From: Octopus sinensis
Taxonomy: Eukaryota
Direction of reading: 5' to 3'
DNA: 64,000 bases
Assembly (NCBI RefSeq): GCF_006345805.1
Contig: NW_021835996.1
Location: 455,585 to 519,584 of the forward strand
The notes beneath the pieces were generated by a model. It worked only from the letters and a program-made list of their open reading frames with translations, had not been told where the DNA came from and ran no database searches. Shown in pieces: positions 1 to 13,586 of this stretch (the first letter of the stretch is position 1; every line of letters starts with the position of its first letter). The translations under genes were made by a program, and so were the position numbers.

Positions 1-621
1 TAGTATTAAAGGAACGTGGTTGGAAGGTTCCAGTATGGGAAAACCGTTCCCACCCGGTATTGGCGAATATTTATCGTCAATACTTTGAACCGTTTATTTC
101 TACGCCTGCGGATTATGGGGACCGATGTTATCTTGGTCCAACCGGAGGAGAATCGATGAGTTCCAACAAAGGGTCCACAGATTTTTGGTTCCACGGTAAC
201 AAACGCCTCGGACCGGCCCCTCTGGAGGACCAGATTAAGCAGAACTCGAGTTTGTTTGCAAATGCCGCGATGAATGCGGCTAGCCGCTCGGAAGTTCTGC
301 ATTAACATTGTCTGGCCCTAGTGCTTTTTGAGTTGTTTAGTCTGGAAACACCCTTTTTAACTTCAAAAAAAATTATTTCTGGTGATAGCTTTCTCGGGTC
401 TCCATCAAATGGATAAAGCGCTTCCTCTTTTTTAAAATTGAAATATTGGATAAAGCGCTTTCGCTTGGTTGTAGGTGTTCATGCATTTAATATATAGATT
501 CTCTTGTAAATAAGAGAGGTGATCTATTTGAAGGTCTTGGATTTATTTGAAGGTTTCGGCAATTGTCCCAATCGTGTGATTAGCCGGTGCTTTTATTTTT
601 TACGAGTGTATTCCATAATAT

Positions 622-793
622 TCCAGCAGGAAAAGGGTTGACATCTGCAAACGACCTTGAGCTCCTGGAAAAATTATACAGGAACAGAAAGAACTGGAAG
701 GGATTAACAAAACGAATCTAGGAGAGAGTGGCACAAGCAAGATAACTTTACTAAAGCTGTTTTGGGATGTGCGTGTTAATAAATAATAATAAA
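622..793 (+). mobile_element. RTE-clade non-LTR retrotransposon, 3' end fragment
   Basis: Translates to GKGLTSANDLELLEKLYRNRKNWKGLTKRI*ERVAQAR*, similar to the C-terminus of the RT ORF at 1965-3119. Ends in a (TAA)n-like tail. Confidence 0.7.
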
Positions 794-850
794 CCGCTTA
801 ATTTGCCGAGCGAAAGGCTGACGCGATCAAGAAAGAATTATAGCTTACTA
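794..850 (-). mobile_element. CRE-clade retrotransposon, very short 3' remnant
   Basis: Reverse strand reads IVSYNSFLIASAFRSAN*, homologous to IVRSNSFSIASASRP* at the end of the 10647-10960 copy. Confidence 0.6.
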
Positions 851-860
851 TGTATGTATT

Positions 861-1029
861 TTTTTTTTTTTGATGAAAACCAACCAATAACTACAAGTTA
901 ATTAATTAAAAGCTTCAAGTGCGGGAAGCCGACGCGATCGAGAAAGAATTAGAGCGTACTATCGCAAGGGATATCCGCTCGAAAAACCATCTCGATTCGC
1001 GGGCGTCGCCTGTGATGGCAGACATGCAT
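861..1029 (-). mobile_element. 5'-truncated CRE-clade retrotransposon with poly(A) tail and 12-bp TSD
   Basis: Near-identical reverse complement of ~10796-10935. Poly-T at ~859-872. TATGTATGTATT is duplicated at 849-860 and 1030-1041. Confidence 0.85.
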
Positions 1030-1552
1030 TATGTATGTATTATATTGGATTGATCCAAATTGAGCCTTCTAAATTTGAAAATACTGATTTGCAAATCAGG
1101 GGTCAATTAAAACAAATAAACTGCACCTATTGACGATTGCGGGATATCCAGTTTCAAATACGGATTTGAAGGGAAAAAATTATTTTTGAGTCAATCCAAA
1201 CTGCCAATGCAAGTAGAAAATGAAGAGGGTTGATTGCAAGCCATTTTCGTTTGTGACAGAATAAGAAATTATCAAAATTACAGAAGAGGAAATAATTCAA
1301 CCAGTAGTCTGTCAATTGAAGCAAATCATTTGTATTAAGACAGTATGAAAAGTGAAGGAAAAAAGTTTACTCTGACATGTGACGAGAGGATAAAAGAAAG
1401 GTGTTGGTTATTTCCTACTCTAAAAAAATCTCCCATTAAATAATAAGTGAATTAAAAAAGAGTTTCATTTAATAATAAAGATTTATGATATTAAATCGCT
1501 CTGAGAACTGTCTTCCATGATTAAATTTTTTAAAGATTCGGCATATAAGCTT

Positions 1553-1765
1553 GACCAAAATTTGGTGGACGACCCCGAACAACACTGCCAGCTGTTCTGC
1601 AACATGACCTAATTTGCCTGGAGAAAACTCTAAACAACTACAAGAACTTAGAAAAACTCTGCAGGCAGGCCCAAAATCGCGAAAGGTAGAAAACGATGGT
1701 CGTATCGTGTAGCACGGGAATATGACTTATTCTGTGTATGTTCCCACGGGAAGTGCTATAATAAT
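1553..1765 (+). mobile_element. 5'-truncated RTE retrotransposon with ~20-bp TSD
   Basis: FGGRPRTTLPAVLQHDL matches the RTE C-terminus, with an AAGTGC-TATAATAATAA tail. Flanked by AAGATTCGGCATATAAGCTT (~1533-1552) and AAGATTCGACGGCATATAAGCTT (~1766-1788). Confidence 0.8.
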
Positions 1766-1964
1766 AAGATTCGACGGCATATAAGCTTAAAGGCACTAAA
1801 ATCTACACAATTCTCAGTTGTCTAAATAAACTTGGCCACCTCTGTTTATTACGCTCCAAGGATCCTAGAGAATTTACTTTTTTAATGCAAAGAATCATGT
1901 TTGGTCGTTGTGTGCTGAAAAAGCTATCCCATCCAGTCTGCTGATGGATTAAGTTAATTCCAAA

Positions 1965-3157
1965 ATGATTTCCACTGGCAGGTCCACTGCTGATGTGATC
2001 TGGACTCACAGATGGACAGCTGCCACATGCCAAAAATATAAACATTGCACTGAAATACTCGGCATCGATATGTCCAGAGCATTCGACTCTGTTCACAGAA
2101 CTAAACTTGTGGAAATACTTATGACCTTCTTAAATCATGACGACATCAGAATAATCCTAATGCTTCTTCAGAACACTCAATTAGCAACCAAACTTGGTAA
2201 AAATGTGTCAAACTATTTCTACACATCACGGGGCATACCACAAGGCGATTCGCTGTCCCCAGTTCTCTTTATCGTCTACCTAGAGGCAGCACTCAGAGAC
2301 TTTCGGCCTCTTGTGGACAACACTAAATACAACGAAATAATATATGCTGATGATGTCGACTTCGTATCTGATGATGCTGAAACCCTTCGATTTATTATCG
2401 AAACATTACCAGATATTTTTTCCAAATGGTTTCTAACAATCAACCACAATAAAACTGAACATACGAAATTTATTCGATCTGAACGAACTCATGATGAGCC
2501 CTGGAGAAGACAAAAAAAAGTCGGATCTCTCTTAGGGGACTCTGAAGACATTATGTACAGAAAAATACTATCAATTGCCACATACAATAAGTTTATGAAC
2601 ATCTGGCGCCTAAAGAAGCTAAATTCAAAGACAAAACTTAAAATATACAACACATTTGTTGTCCCAGTCCTAATGTACAATGGATCGACGTGGGGAATCA
2701 GTAAGACCGATATGAACAATTTGGACCGATTTCATCGGAACCAACTGAGAAGAGTGATAAACATGCAATTCTCAAGGAAAATAGCAAATTCCACCCTATA
2801 CAAAAGATGCAATTCGAGACCGATCTCTATGGACATCCTGGAGTCCAGATGGCGACTCTTTGGACACATATTAAGACTTGACAGCCTCACTCCGCCGAAT
2901 ATCGCGATGGAAAACTACTTTGCCCATTCCAAAGGAGACTTCCGTGGAAGACCCAGGGTCACTCTGGCTACCACGCTAAATGAAGATCTAGCTGGAATTA
3001 ATAAAAAACTGAAAAATGGCGATGATCTCGACTCACTCAGGACGATCGCAACTGACCGGAGAGCCTGGAGACGCATGACCGGGAGAATTTCAATGGTGGC
3101 ACAAGGAAAGCTTAATTAACTTATGACTTTTCCGAAAGTGCTTTATAATAATAATAA
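1965..3157 (+). mobile_element. RTE-clade LINE, 5'-truncated, intact RT C-terminal half (384-aa ORF 1965-3119)
   Basis: RT motifs IDMSRAFDSV, GIPQGDSLSPVLF and YADD. RTE-type C-terminus RWRLFGHILR...RGRPRVT. (TAA)n tail. Possible TSD AAATGATTT. Confidence 0.9.
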
Positions 3158-3264
3158 ATGATTTTCTCCTCCCAAATGATTAAATTAAAAAAATAATAAA
3201 TGTTTAATAATTTTCGTTAAATGAATAGATTTGAACGTAAAAAAATAAGAAAAGTATTAAAAAA

Positions 3265-4731
<1,467 letters not shown>

Positions 4732-4856
4732 AAAAAGCCTCACAACAGATTGAAAAACGCGAAGTTATTTTATATAAAATTAATTATTTTAGCGTCGAAA
4801 TAATGATTTATGACTTTATTTATTTAAATTAATTTCACCAAACAAGAACATTATTT

Positions 4857-5705
4857 CACCGAGTATTTGAAACAAACAAGGGCACCCTCCAAGGAGACGC
4901 CTTATCCCCGGTCTTATTCATCGTATATCTGGAGGCGACCCTACGAAATGTCAGGAATAATATCCCCAGACATATTACAGAAGTCACCTTTGCAGATGAC
5001 ATAGATTTCACGGCAACAGAGCGCCAAATAGAAGGTGCTATGGACAAATTGGCAAACACTTTTGAAAAATCATTCCTAAAAATTAACACTGAGAAAACAG
5101 AATACAATATAGTGAGGCGATGTGACGAACAACACGAGGAAAAATGGAGGCATACAAAGAAACTTGGCACTCTCTTAGGAGATACAGAAGACATGATACG
5201 AAGAAAATCACTTGCAACTTTCGCGCTCAAGAGATTAAACAACATATGGTTGAGAGGCAAACAAATTTTTGCGTCTTTAAAAATCAAACTTTACAATATG
5301 TTCGTAAAACCAGTCCTACTGTACAACTCCTCCTCTTGGACACTCACAGTGCAGGAAATGGAAAATCTCAATTCCTTCCACAGAATGCAGCTGAAATACA
5401 TCCTAGGAATCTTTTGGTCAAAACGAATTTCAAACAAACATCTCTACTCAAGGTACAATGCACACCCGTTGGACGAAGAAATAAGAAGCAATAGATGGGG
5501 CTTATTCGGTCACATCCTAAGAATGGACAGGAATACTCCTGCAAATCTCGCAATGGAACACCACTACGCCCCAAACCCGGGAACAAACTTTCGAGGAAGA
5601 CCACGAATCACTCTACCAACTCTTCTGCACCAGGACCTAACTTTGATTGGAAAAAGACTGAAATCAGCAGACGATCTTGAGCACTTGAGAGAACTATCGA
5701 GGAAC
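4857..5705 (+). mobile_element. RTE-clade LINE RT fragment (second subfamily)
   Basis: GTLQGDALSPVLFIVYLEA, FADDIDF, RWGLFGHILR and FRGRPRITL. Homologous to 1965-3119. Confidence 0.88.
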
Positions 5706-5832
5706 CGCCTGAGCATATTTCAGGTAGAAAGTCTCGATTACCTAGAGAACAAAAACTTTGTTATTCTCGACTCTAGCATACTTCTCATATTTTTTTCGCT
5801 CAGCTTGTTCAGATGGGGCTGCAGGATCTTCG
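5706..5832 (-). mobile_element. Degenerate CRE-clade endonuclease-region fragment
   Basis: Reverse strand DPAAPSEQAERKKYEKYARVENNKVFVL*VIETF resembles AADAAEQRKIAKYANLGQRYRFVPIAVETS of the 16769-18085 ORF. Confidence 0.5.
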
Positions 5833-6340
5833 ATTGATAATTTTATATTCTGATTTTAATTTGAGTGCGGAAAGTGTTAAAGGGCTGTATGGAAAGCTTC
5901 CTAGTTCCGAAGATATGCATTTCCTTCGATGTATTTTGTCCGTACTTATCGCTTTATTCTTTTAGCTTCAGATGCATTAGTAGGCTTTCTTCGGTACAAA
6001 AGCAATGGACAAATTCGAGATTAGATATGAATCGGACATCGACGCCTTAATAACGTTAAAATTGCAAAAACTAGTTGCAACCTAATAATATAATGATATA
6101 GGAACTTTGGGATTCTATCCTTTCTTGTAATTTCGGATATGAAATTTTTTGCAAACATTAACTTCATTCATTCAGCATTAAAAAAGTTTTAGTTGTGTTA
6201 ATTGGCAATGTGCATGACAAGAATGACTCAGCAAAGTCTAGGCAACCCCAACAACCCTTGGGCCAATCAATCCTCTCATTAAGACTAACTATATTCATCA
6301 TGAATAGAAATCAGATATTAAGAGCAACAAGATTAATAAA

Positions 6341-8683
6341 TTAATTGTCACAACAGAGAACAAGGGCTACTCTTGAAGGAATATAGACCTAATTTTCCAA
6401 TCAATCATGAGCATACAAAAACACAGTTGGGCTGACTATCAAAAATTTCATTACTAGTGAAAATGGGCAATGATATGTCCACTCTTCCATATCCTCCGTA
6501 TTTAGAGTCGTCGGAGCTGAGAATGATTCGATAGCTTTAAATAATGTAATGAAATACCTTCCGGCATGAGGGACTCCGATCTTGTAATCGGTGTAACTCT
6601 GATGCGGATGGAAATTAAATATAAACACCAATCCAGCACGATTACAGACAAAAATCTTGTCATCCTCGTGATGGCGACTCACATAGGCCTAAAACAATAA
6701 CCAAGACGATCCAACAGGCCCGGAAGCTAATAACTGAAAATTCTCGTCAACAGCATTTTTATCACGTTCAAATGCATTTAAGAATCGGTACCGCAAATAC
6801 TCGCTGTCCACCAAATTGAACTGTCTTCTTGCATAGTGAAAGCTGTTATTATTTCCAAAACGAGGGAAATCTAGCCACTCTGGGTGACCAAACTCATTTC
6901 CTGAAACATTAGTGACTACTATTGTCATACCAATAAAATTGAGATATCCCTCTCCGCCCACAGCGTGAGTAATAAGACGAATTAGTTTATGAAGAGCCAT
7001 TCCACGGTCAATGATAATCGAGGGAGACTGGTTTGTGGACATGTTGAAATACATTTCCTTATCCATCAGCCAGAAAGCAATCGATTTATCACCCACAATG
7101 GCTTGGTCGTGGCACTCTGCATAAGATATGCACTTTTCCCCAAAACGTCGATTTGTGAGAGTATGAAAGAAATGTCCCATGCTCCAGTCCTCATCGCGGA
7201 TTTCCTTCAGCATCCTTATCCACATGTCCGGAATAGCCATCGCCAGTCTGTAGTCAAACCCAATTCCTCCCTCTTCGACAGGACGACACAACGTTGGCAT
7301 CCCAGAAACGTCCTGACAAATACAGAAAAATAGGAAAACCTCAGCAATCGTGACTATAAAGTCAGGATATAACTTGTGGAGAATAGAGTTGGCCATCATC
7401 AGGTACAGAATTGACTGAAGATCGCAGTTATCTCCAAAGTACTCGTCATAGTGACCACTGAATCCGTGGCCTATTCCGTGGGAATGGTACAGCATTGAGG
7501 TTATCCCGTCAAAACGGAATCCGTCGAACCGAAATTCTTCCACCCAAAACCGCAGATTCGACAAAAGAAACCGAAGTACTTCCAAACTGGCAATTAATAG
7601 TAAAAAACACTTTTGATAATCGAACAACCGACTGTCCCATAATCCGTGATATCCACGGGGCCCTCTGTTGAAAAAACAAGTTTCAGTTCCATCAAAAAGA
7701 TTGATTCCGTCGGCGACATTCCGCGATGCGTGACTGTGAACGAGGTCTAAGTAAACTTGTATTCCCATTTCGTGAGCACAGTCGACCAATTCCCTCAGCT
7801 CGTCGGGAGTTCCAAATCGACTGAAGCAGTTAAAAGACAAATAAGAAAGAACCCAACCTTGAAGAGGCAAAAAAGCTAGTGATTTGATACCCAAAACTGG
7901 CATAATAGGCATGCTCCATAACGGCCATAATCTGAATGGCGTTGAAACCTAATTGGATACCAAAAGAGTAAAAACCCAGATTCTTGATTCGAGGAAGCAC
8001 ATCAATCCTGAAATGATTGTACGTCGACACATGTTTCTCAGGAGAAGCGATCCCAATGTGGCATTCGTAGATACGTAAGGAGTTTGGTCGAGGTGGGTGT
8101 GAGTGCTTCATGACGTACGGAGAGGGTGGGTTCCAAATGAGGTTTTGGTAGATCACTTCATTAGGTTTGCAGGCGACATATCGCGCCCATGGGTCAATCC
8201 TATCAAAATACGTTCCATCAGAGGAGACCAGTCCCAACTATAAAATTACTGCCCAAGATAACTTTGATGTTGGAAAGGTGTTTTGTCAAGTTTTCGTCGC
8301 CAGTGATTTTAAGGTGGAAATGTCCAACACCTTTTTTGGTAAATGGATGAGAACGTCTGTTCCAATTATCTATTTCACTGGTAATCGACACGTAACTGAA
8401 GTCTCCGTGCAAGTATACTTCGCTTGCACCAGGTGCCCAAATTCGAGCCTCCAGTGTGCCATTTTCTCGAACGTTGATTCCATAGTCTTTATATGACAGA
8501 GTAAATCTGTTCAATCCGCCGGGATGCTTCTTTAGATTCCTGAATAGCTCGATATAGCAAATGTATCTAAAGGTGTGCCTTCGTTTAATACCTCCGTCTT
8601 ATTACTTCTTTGTATTTCCTGAGATATCCATCAATTTCAAAGAGATTCTCAATCTGAGGAGGCAACAGGTCTGGCAAGTCCAT
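6341..8683 (-). CDS. GBE1: 1,4-alpha-glucan (glycogen) branching enzyme, GH13
   Basis: Motifs [80 protein letters not shown] and C-terminal [13 protein letters not shown] at 8683, TAA at 6341. Many 24-30 nt introns, e.g. 6901-6930, 7313-7339, 7587-7610. Confidence 0.96.
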
Positions 8684-8883
8684 AAAAATTCAATATCAAA
8701 CATTTATTATAAATGTTTATTTATATGTATTTTAAATTATAGTGATAAATTTGCAATTTCCCATAAACAAATTATTTAAAAGATAGATTCAAAAAGTGGT
8801 TGATAGAAATGTCGTGGCCTACGTGACTTTGGCTTGTGGTTAGGGTTATACTAGAGAAGGAAAAAGTCAAAAAATAGTATAAA

Positions 8884-9644
8884 TCACATAAATTCATCTG
8901 AATCGTTGGAAACCTCCTATAAAAGTCATCAGCACTCAAATAGACATTATTCGTAAGCATCATATCCTCGACCATCACGGACTTGTACGATCTATAGAAA
9001 TAAAACAGCTTCCCAGCAACTCAATGTCACTTCTCAGTCTCGCCTCTCGAATCTTGACCTTCTCCTCTTCTCTCCTCCTCAGCTCGGCAGCACGAGCAAG
9101 TTTATGTCTCTCCTCGTTCTTTTCTTCACTCCATTTTATCATTTCCGTCATTTTAACAGACTTTCGACTTTTATAGAGTCTTCTGATGGTCTGGTTATCA
9201 CGTGAAACATCGATGTGGCACAGCATCGATGGGTCGTGGTAGGCAACTTCTCCCGCCTCCATTTTTGAGGTTTTCAGTAGATTAGACCACTTGGTGTACA
9301 CTACAGATGTAGACGTCAACTTGCTCCCTCGAATACTGTTTACTTTAGCCAATTGGGAGCAATCTTGGACGAGAGGAAGAGGAATGTCCTCTAAGAATTC
9401 AATAGTCTAGAATTGGATGATTAGTATTACATTTTTGAGACGTAAATAAACATGTGCAGAAGATAAGTCTGCCACATGGAACCATATATCTTCAATCCAT
9501 CCATTTCTAATCAGTTGGTCATCTGATAATTAAGAATATATACTTTCATGCTTATTTTCCCCCATATATATCATATATGTAATATTATCCACTATATTAT
9601 CAATATTCTTAAATATTACCACATGAAACAAATGATAGGACCAT
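8884..9644 (-). CDS. CCDC25: Coiled-coil domain-containing protein 25 (NFACT-R family)
   Basis: Spliced [53 protein letters not shown]...KVNSIRG...[12 protein letters not shown]...NDSDEFM*. Five introns of 21-29 nt. Confidence 0.92.
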
Positions 9645-10108
9645 ATTAGTTAGCAGCCATATTAAAAATAATTCGAAAATCACGTTTGTACAAACTTCCA
9701 ATTCTTTTTATTTAAATGCTTAATTGTGATAGAAATGTTACTAGTTTTTTAGAAAATGAATTGATTCCTGAACTGGTTTTGTCTTGAGAAGTAAATAAAT
9801 TTATGAAAAGAGGCATTTCTTTACTATAAAATATACTAATAATTCAACTTTCTGATCGATAGCCTGAATTAAAAAACGAGATACAGTTTTTTAGCAGATA
9901 ATTCCAACCTCCACTCGCCAGGTACACTAGCACTAGACTTAATTGGCTCTATTCGCTAGAAGTTCCTTGTAGTATAAGAAATAAAAACAAAACTACATCA
10001 CAAAGCACCCTTTTTGATGAAGTATCTTTTAAGGATAATTCACTTTTTGATTTTTAAAATAGAATAAATTAATAAAAGGTTCTGTTGTGTGTCTTTGGAT
10101 TTATTATA

Positions 10109-10369
10109 ATGGGTGAGAATGTCGTTAGTGAGGAAGAATTAACAAAGTATGATTTATATTAGATTTATCGTAAGATTGGCTATTGAAGAAATTATGCGTG
10201 AAACTCAAAGTCGAAAGGAGAACGTAGAAAAATATGGAGCTGCATATTGGTGACCCATTTATAAATAACATTTTATAGGGTGGCAAACAGACACAAAATT
10301 AATAAAACATTTCTGAAAAATATTGTCCGCAATGCTAAATCTCCTAAGAAACGGTCTAGAAGACGGTAA
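10109..10369 (+). CDS. Small protein similar to the non-polymerase 'POLR1D isoform 2' family (67 aa, 2 micro-introns), absent from the ORF track
   Basis: Spliced MGENVVSEEELTK|LAIEEIMRETQSRKENVEKYGAAYW|VANRHKINKTFLKNIVRNAKSPKKRSRRR*. Resembles, from memory, ELERKAIEELLKEAKRG...MGPMGW...TNKRFLINTIKN. Introns 28 and 29 nt. Confidence 0.75.
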
Positions 10370-10646
10370 TGCATTCGTTGGTGACTATAATTATTTTTGA
10401 ATTTTAATCGCTTTTTTGCTTAATTTATTAAATTAAAACATTTCGGAAACTATTAAAGTCTTTCTAAATAGCTGTATTTGTTTCTCTCGGAAAACTTACG
10501 GTTTCTTTACTAAGTCTCGTACCAATTTCTAAGTGACATGGACTTGATTATTATTCTGGCTGATACGGCCATGTGATTTAATTTGTTTAGAAGAAATTCA
10601 AAATGCTCTCCATGCTGTAAATATCTTTTTCGTCCCAAGAAGGAAG

Positions 10647-10960
10647 GTGGATCTATTGTCACAATTGCGGAATGCAAAAAGATGCGGAAGTACTCCTCAC
10701 TTACGGAGAAGTTCCAATTCCTTCCATTCGCGGTTGAGATTTCCGGTTCCTTGGGCAGTAAGGCAATCAGCTTCGTTCAGGAGATCGGGTCCCGCATGTC
10801 TGCTATCACAGGCGACGCCCGCGAATCGAGATGGTTTTTCGAGCGGATATCCCTTGCGATAGTACGCTCTAACTCTTTCTCGATCGCGTCGGCTTCCCGC
10901 CCATGAAGCTTTTAATTAATTAACTTGTAGTTATTATCAAATAGTTTTTAAAAAAAAACA
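10647..10960 (+). mobile_element. 5'-truncated CRE-clade retrotransposon with A-tail and 10-bp TSD
   Basis: KYSSLTEKFQFLPFAVEISG...ISLAIVRSN is the C-terminus of a restriction-like endonuclease. AAGAAGGAAG at 10637-10646 and 10961-10970. Confidence 0.88.
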
Positions 10961-11047
10961 AAGAAGGAAGCTTTTGGGGTGAATTTTCAGATTTTATCGT
11001 TTAACCAGACTTGTCTTTATTTATATATGAATCATATTTTTTTATTA

Positions 11048-11170
11048 TGTCACCGTAGATTATCTTTATCGCATCGGTTATTAGTTCCTAAGAATTTCTT
11101 AAGGCTGCTTCCAGGTCTATGAAAATGAGTGAGACAGTCAATCTTCATGTCCTGCGTAACTTCACATATG
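11048..11170 (-). mobile_element. Highly degenerate RTE RT remnant
   Basis: Reverse strand LIFIDLEAALRNS*ELITDAIKIIYGD versus FIVYLEAALRDF...EIIYADD. Confidence 0.45.
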
Positions 11171-11741
11171 GTTTTGTTCTTTAGCAATACTGATTTCGAA
11201 AGAATTCTCAAGTAACCAAACAATTTATTTCACCAAAAAGTAGCCCTTGTGAGTTATTTCAGTATCTCGAGAAAGCATTGTTGTGAATGAATGTTTAAAG
11301 CAGGCCAGTGGCACTAAAAAGCCGGTCTTAAAATTCAAAATGTGTTTTCTGACTTGCCGACTTGGACCTAATAAAGAATATCAGCTTATTTCCCTTAAGA
11401 ATGTCAGGGGGAGGTAATCTGTGCAGACTGACTATAGTAGAAAGTCAAAGTTTTTTTAATAAAACTAATATTTTAAGCTTGCTCAATTGGGTTTGTTTTA
11501 ACCTGCAATACAAACTGCAATGTGCTTTTTCTTGTACATTTCTGTGTTAGGGCAAGGTCATCATCTGCCCCAGTCGAAGAAAACTCACGGACTGTCTGGA
11601 AAAGGCTTATTTTCTCTATCTAAACGATCAATCATTCATGTTCGGGAGCTATTTGTGCTTGGTGTTAAAGTTACTTGAATTTTTAAAAGGATAAATGGAA
11701 ATCAGACATTTAAACTTACTAAAATGAGTTACAAGTCCCGA

Positions 11742-12303
11742 TTAATGAGGAGGGAGCTGATTCATGGGACGAACGCCATAGGCATACGAAGGAGGCATTG
11801 GAAAACCAGGACGAACTATATAATAATCAGAAAATCATGAACCCGGAGGCTGATTCATAAAAGGAGGCATTCCAGGAGGAGGTCTGTTCATGAATCCTCC
11901 CATATTGTTCACCATCGGAGGAGGTTGACTTAAATTGATGGGAGGAGCTCCCGTCAACCAATCAGAGGCTTTCAATTCCCCCATTGGATTAAATTGGAGA
12001 AGTGGGTTAGCAATGAGTAAATGCATTGCAGCTAAAATGGTTGAACGTCAAAGAATACTAGTATTGTCCACCATTTGCTGAACTCTTTCTTGGCGGAGAT
12101 TCTGGAAGTAATTCCGGACATTTTCCCTGTGCTTCCTTCCTCCGTTATGGGTCTTTCGAACGGAAGGCTATAGTATTAAGAGATATGACGAATACAGAAT
12201 CATGAGTTAAATAGACATCACAGTAATCACAGTAGAATCTACAAAGTAAGGTAAATAAGGATTTAAATGATCATATAAAATATTGAATATACCACCTAGG
12301 CAT
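11742..12303 (-). CDS. SNRPC: U1 snRNP protein C
   Basis: Spliced MPR|[36 protein letters not shown]... gives the U1-type C2H2 zinc finger, followed by a Pro/Met-rich tail. Four introns. Confidence 0.95.
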
Positions 12304-12849
12304 TTCACAATAAACACTATTTATTAATTAATATTTTTTTTTAATATTTAAAAATATGAATTTTTAATTTAATTTGTTTATTATTTGTTCAACTTTTCAA
12401 GGCTATAAACAAACACTCACTCTCTTATTATAACTAATACATTGGACTGATGATATTGATTACTGAGAGTTTGTCGAATTCTTATGGACAGTCATATCCA
12501 TTTAAACCCGACAAACAAAGAAAGACATTATCTTCAGAAATTAATTCGGAGGAGGCCTGGCGTCATTTAGTAATAAACGGATAGCATCCTCTTCCAATTT
12601 TATGCTGATTTTAAAAGTAAAGCAAATTACTGCCTAAGAACAGCAGAAATTCTGCGAATCATTAATTCAAAGAAAACACATTTGGCCATTATCGCAGAAT
12701 TCTTATTTTGAAAATACAATGAAAATGTAAATGAATTGACAATATGGGGGGCCCTAAGAGGTTGATGTAACAAATTACTGCAAATTACAGAAATGGAAAC
12801 TAAATAACTATTAATTGATGCAAAAAGATTTTTTTCTATGGAAACATAA

Positions 12850-13400
12850 TGTCCTTACTATTTTCGATAGAACACCCAATTCTCCATAGCCAAACAAGAT
12901 CCATATGTAGAATATGGCCAAACAGTCTCTATCTGGCGTCAGTGATATCTAGGGTTAGGGGCCTACTCGTGCATTTGTTGTAAATTCCAGCATCCGATAT
13001 TTTGGCAGGCAAGTGCACACCGATAACAGTCTAAGCTTTTTTCTGTGGAACGCATAGACCAAGAGACGAACTCTGATTTGATGACTTTTTCGAGTTGATT
13101 TGCAAGTATGCGGATTTGATGACTATTGCTAACAAGTGCTGTCTGTAGCGCACCACTTCTTTATCACCTCAATGTAGGTGTAAAGCCTCATTTCTGAGGC
13201 CATCACGTTCTTTGAGGTGTCAAGGATTAAGACCTCATCTGCATACAAAAACGTTGCCGCACTCGTATGAACCCAAGTCCACCATTGTATAACAGTTTCG
13301 ATTTCACAAATACATTGTACATACGCATTCGTAGATTGACATTGAGTCCTTTCAGCCATCTCTTTTTGAGTTTTTTATTCGTACTCCAGCAAGTTTTCTG
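12850..13400 (-). mobile_element. Degenerate RTE LINE fragment
   Basis: Reverse strand LNVNLRMRMYNVFVKSKLLYNG and RLFGHILHMD, with stops and frameshifts. Confidence 0.7.
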
Positions 13401-13586
13401 TTATGTACAATTTTAAAATTTGACTTGTTAAAATTAAAAACCCGTAAAATTTTTATTATTGCTAAAATTCAATTTTTAATATATATAATGATTAACATTA
13501 TTATTGAATAAAATAAATGCTATTAAATTTTTATATTAATGTTTCTATAGAGATCTGTTCATTTAATTCTTATAATTTTAAACTCA

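Noticed and set aside
1-308. Overlapping ORFs 6-308(-) and 60-305(+) in a GC-richer patch
   Set aside because: No recognisable motif and truncated by the window edge. Cannot assign; possibly TE-derived.
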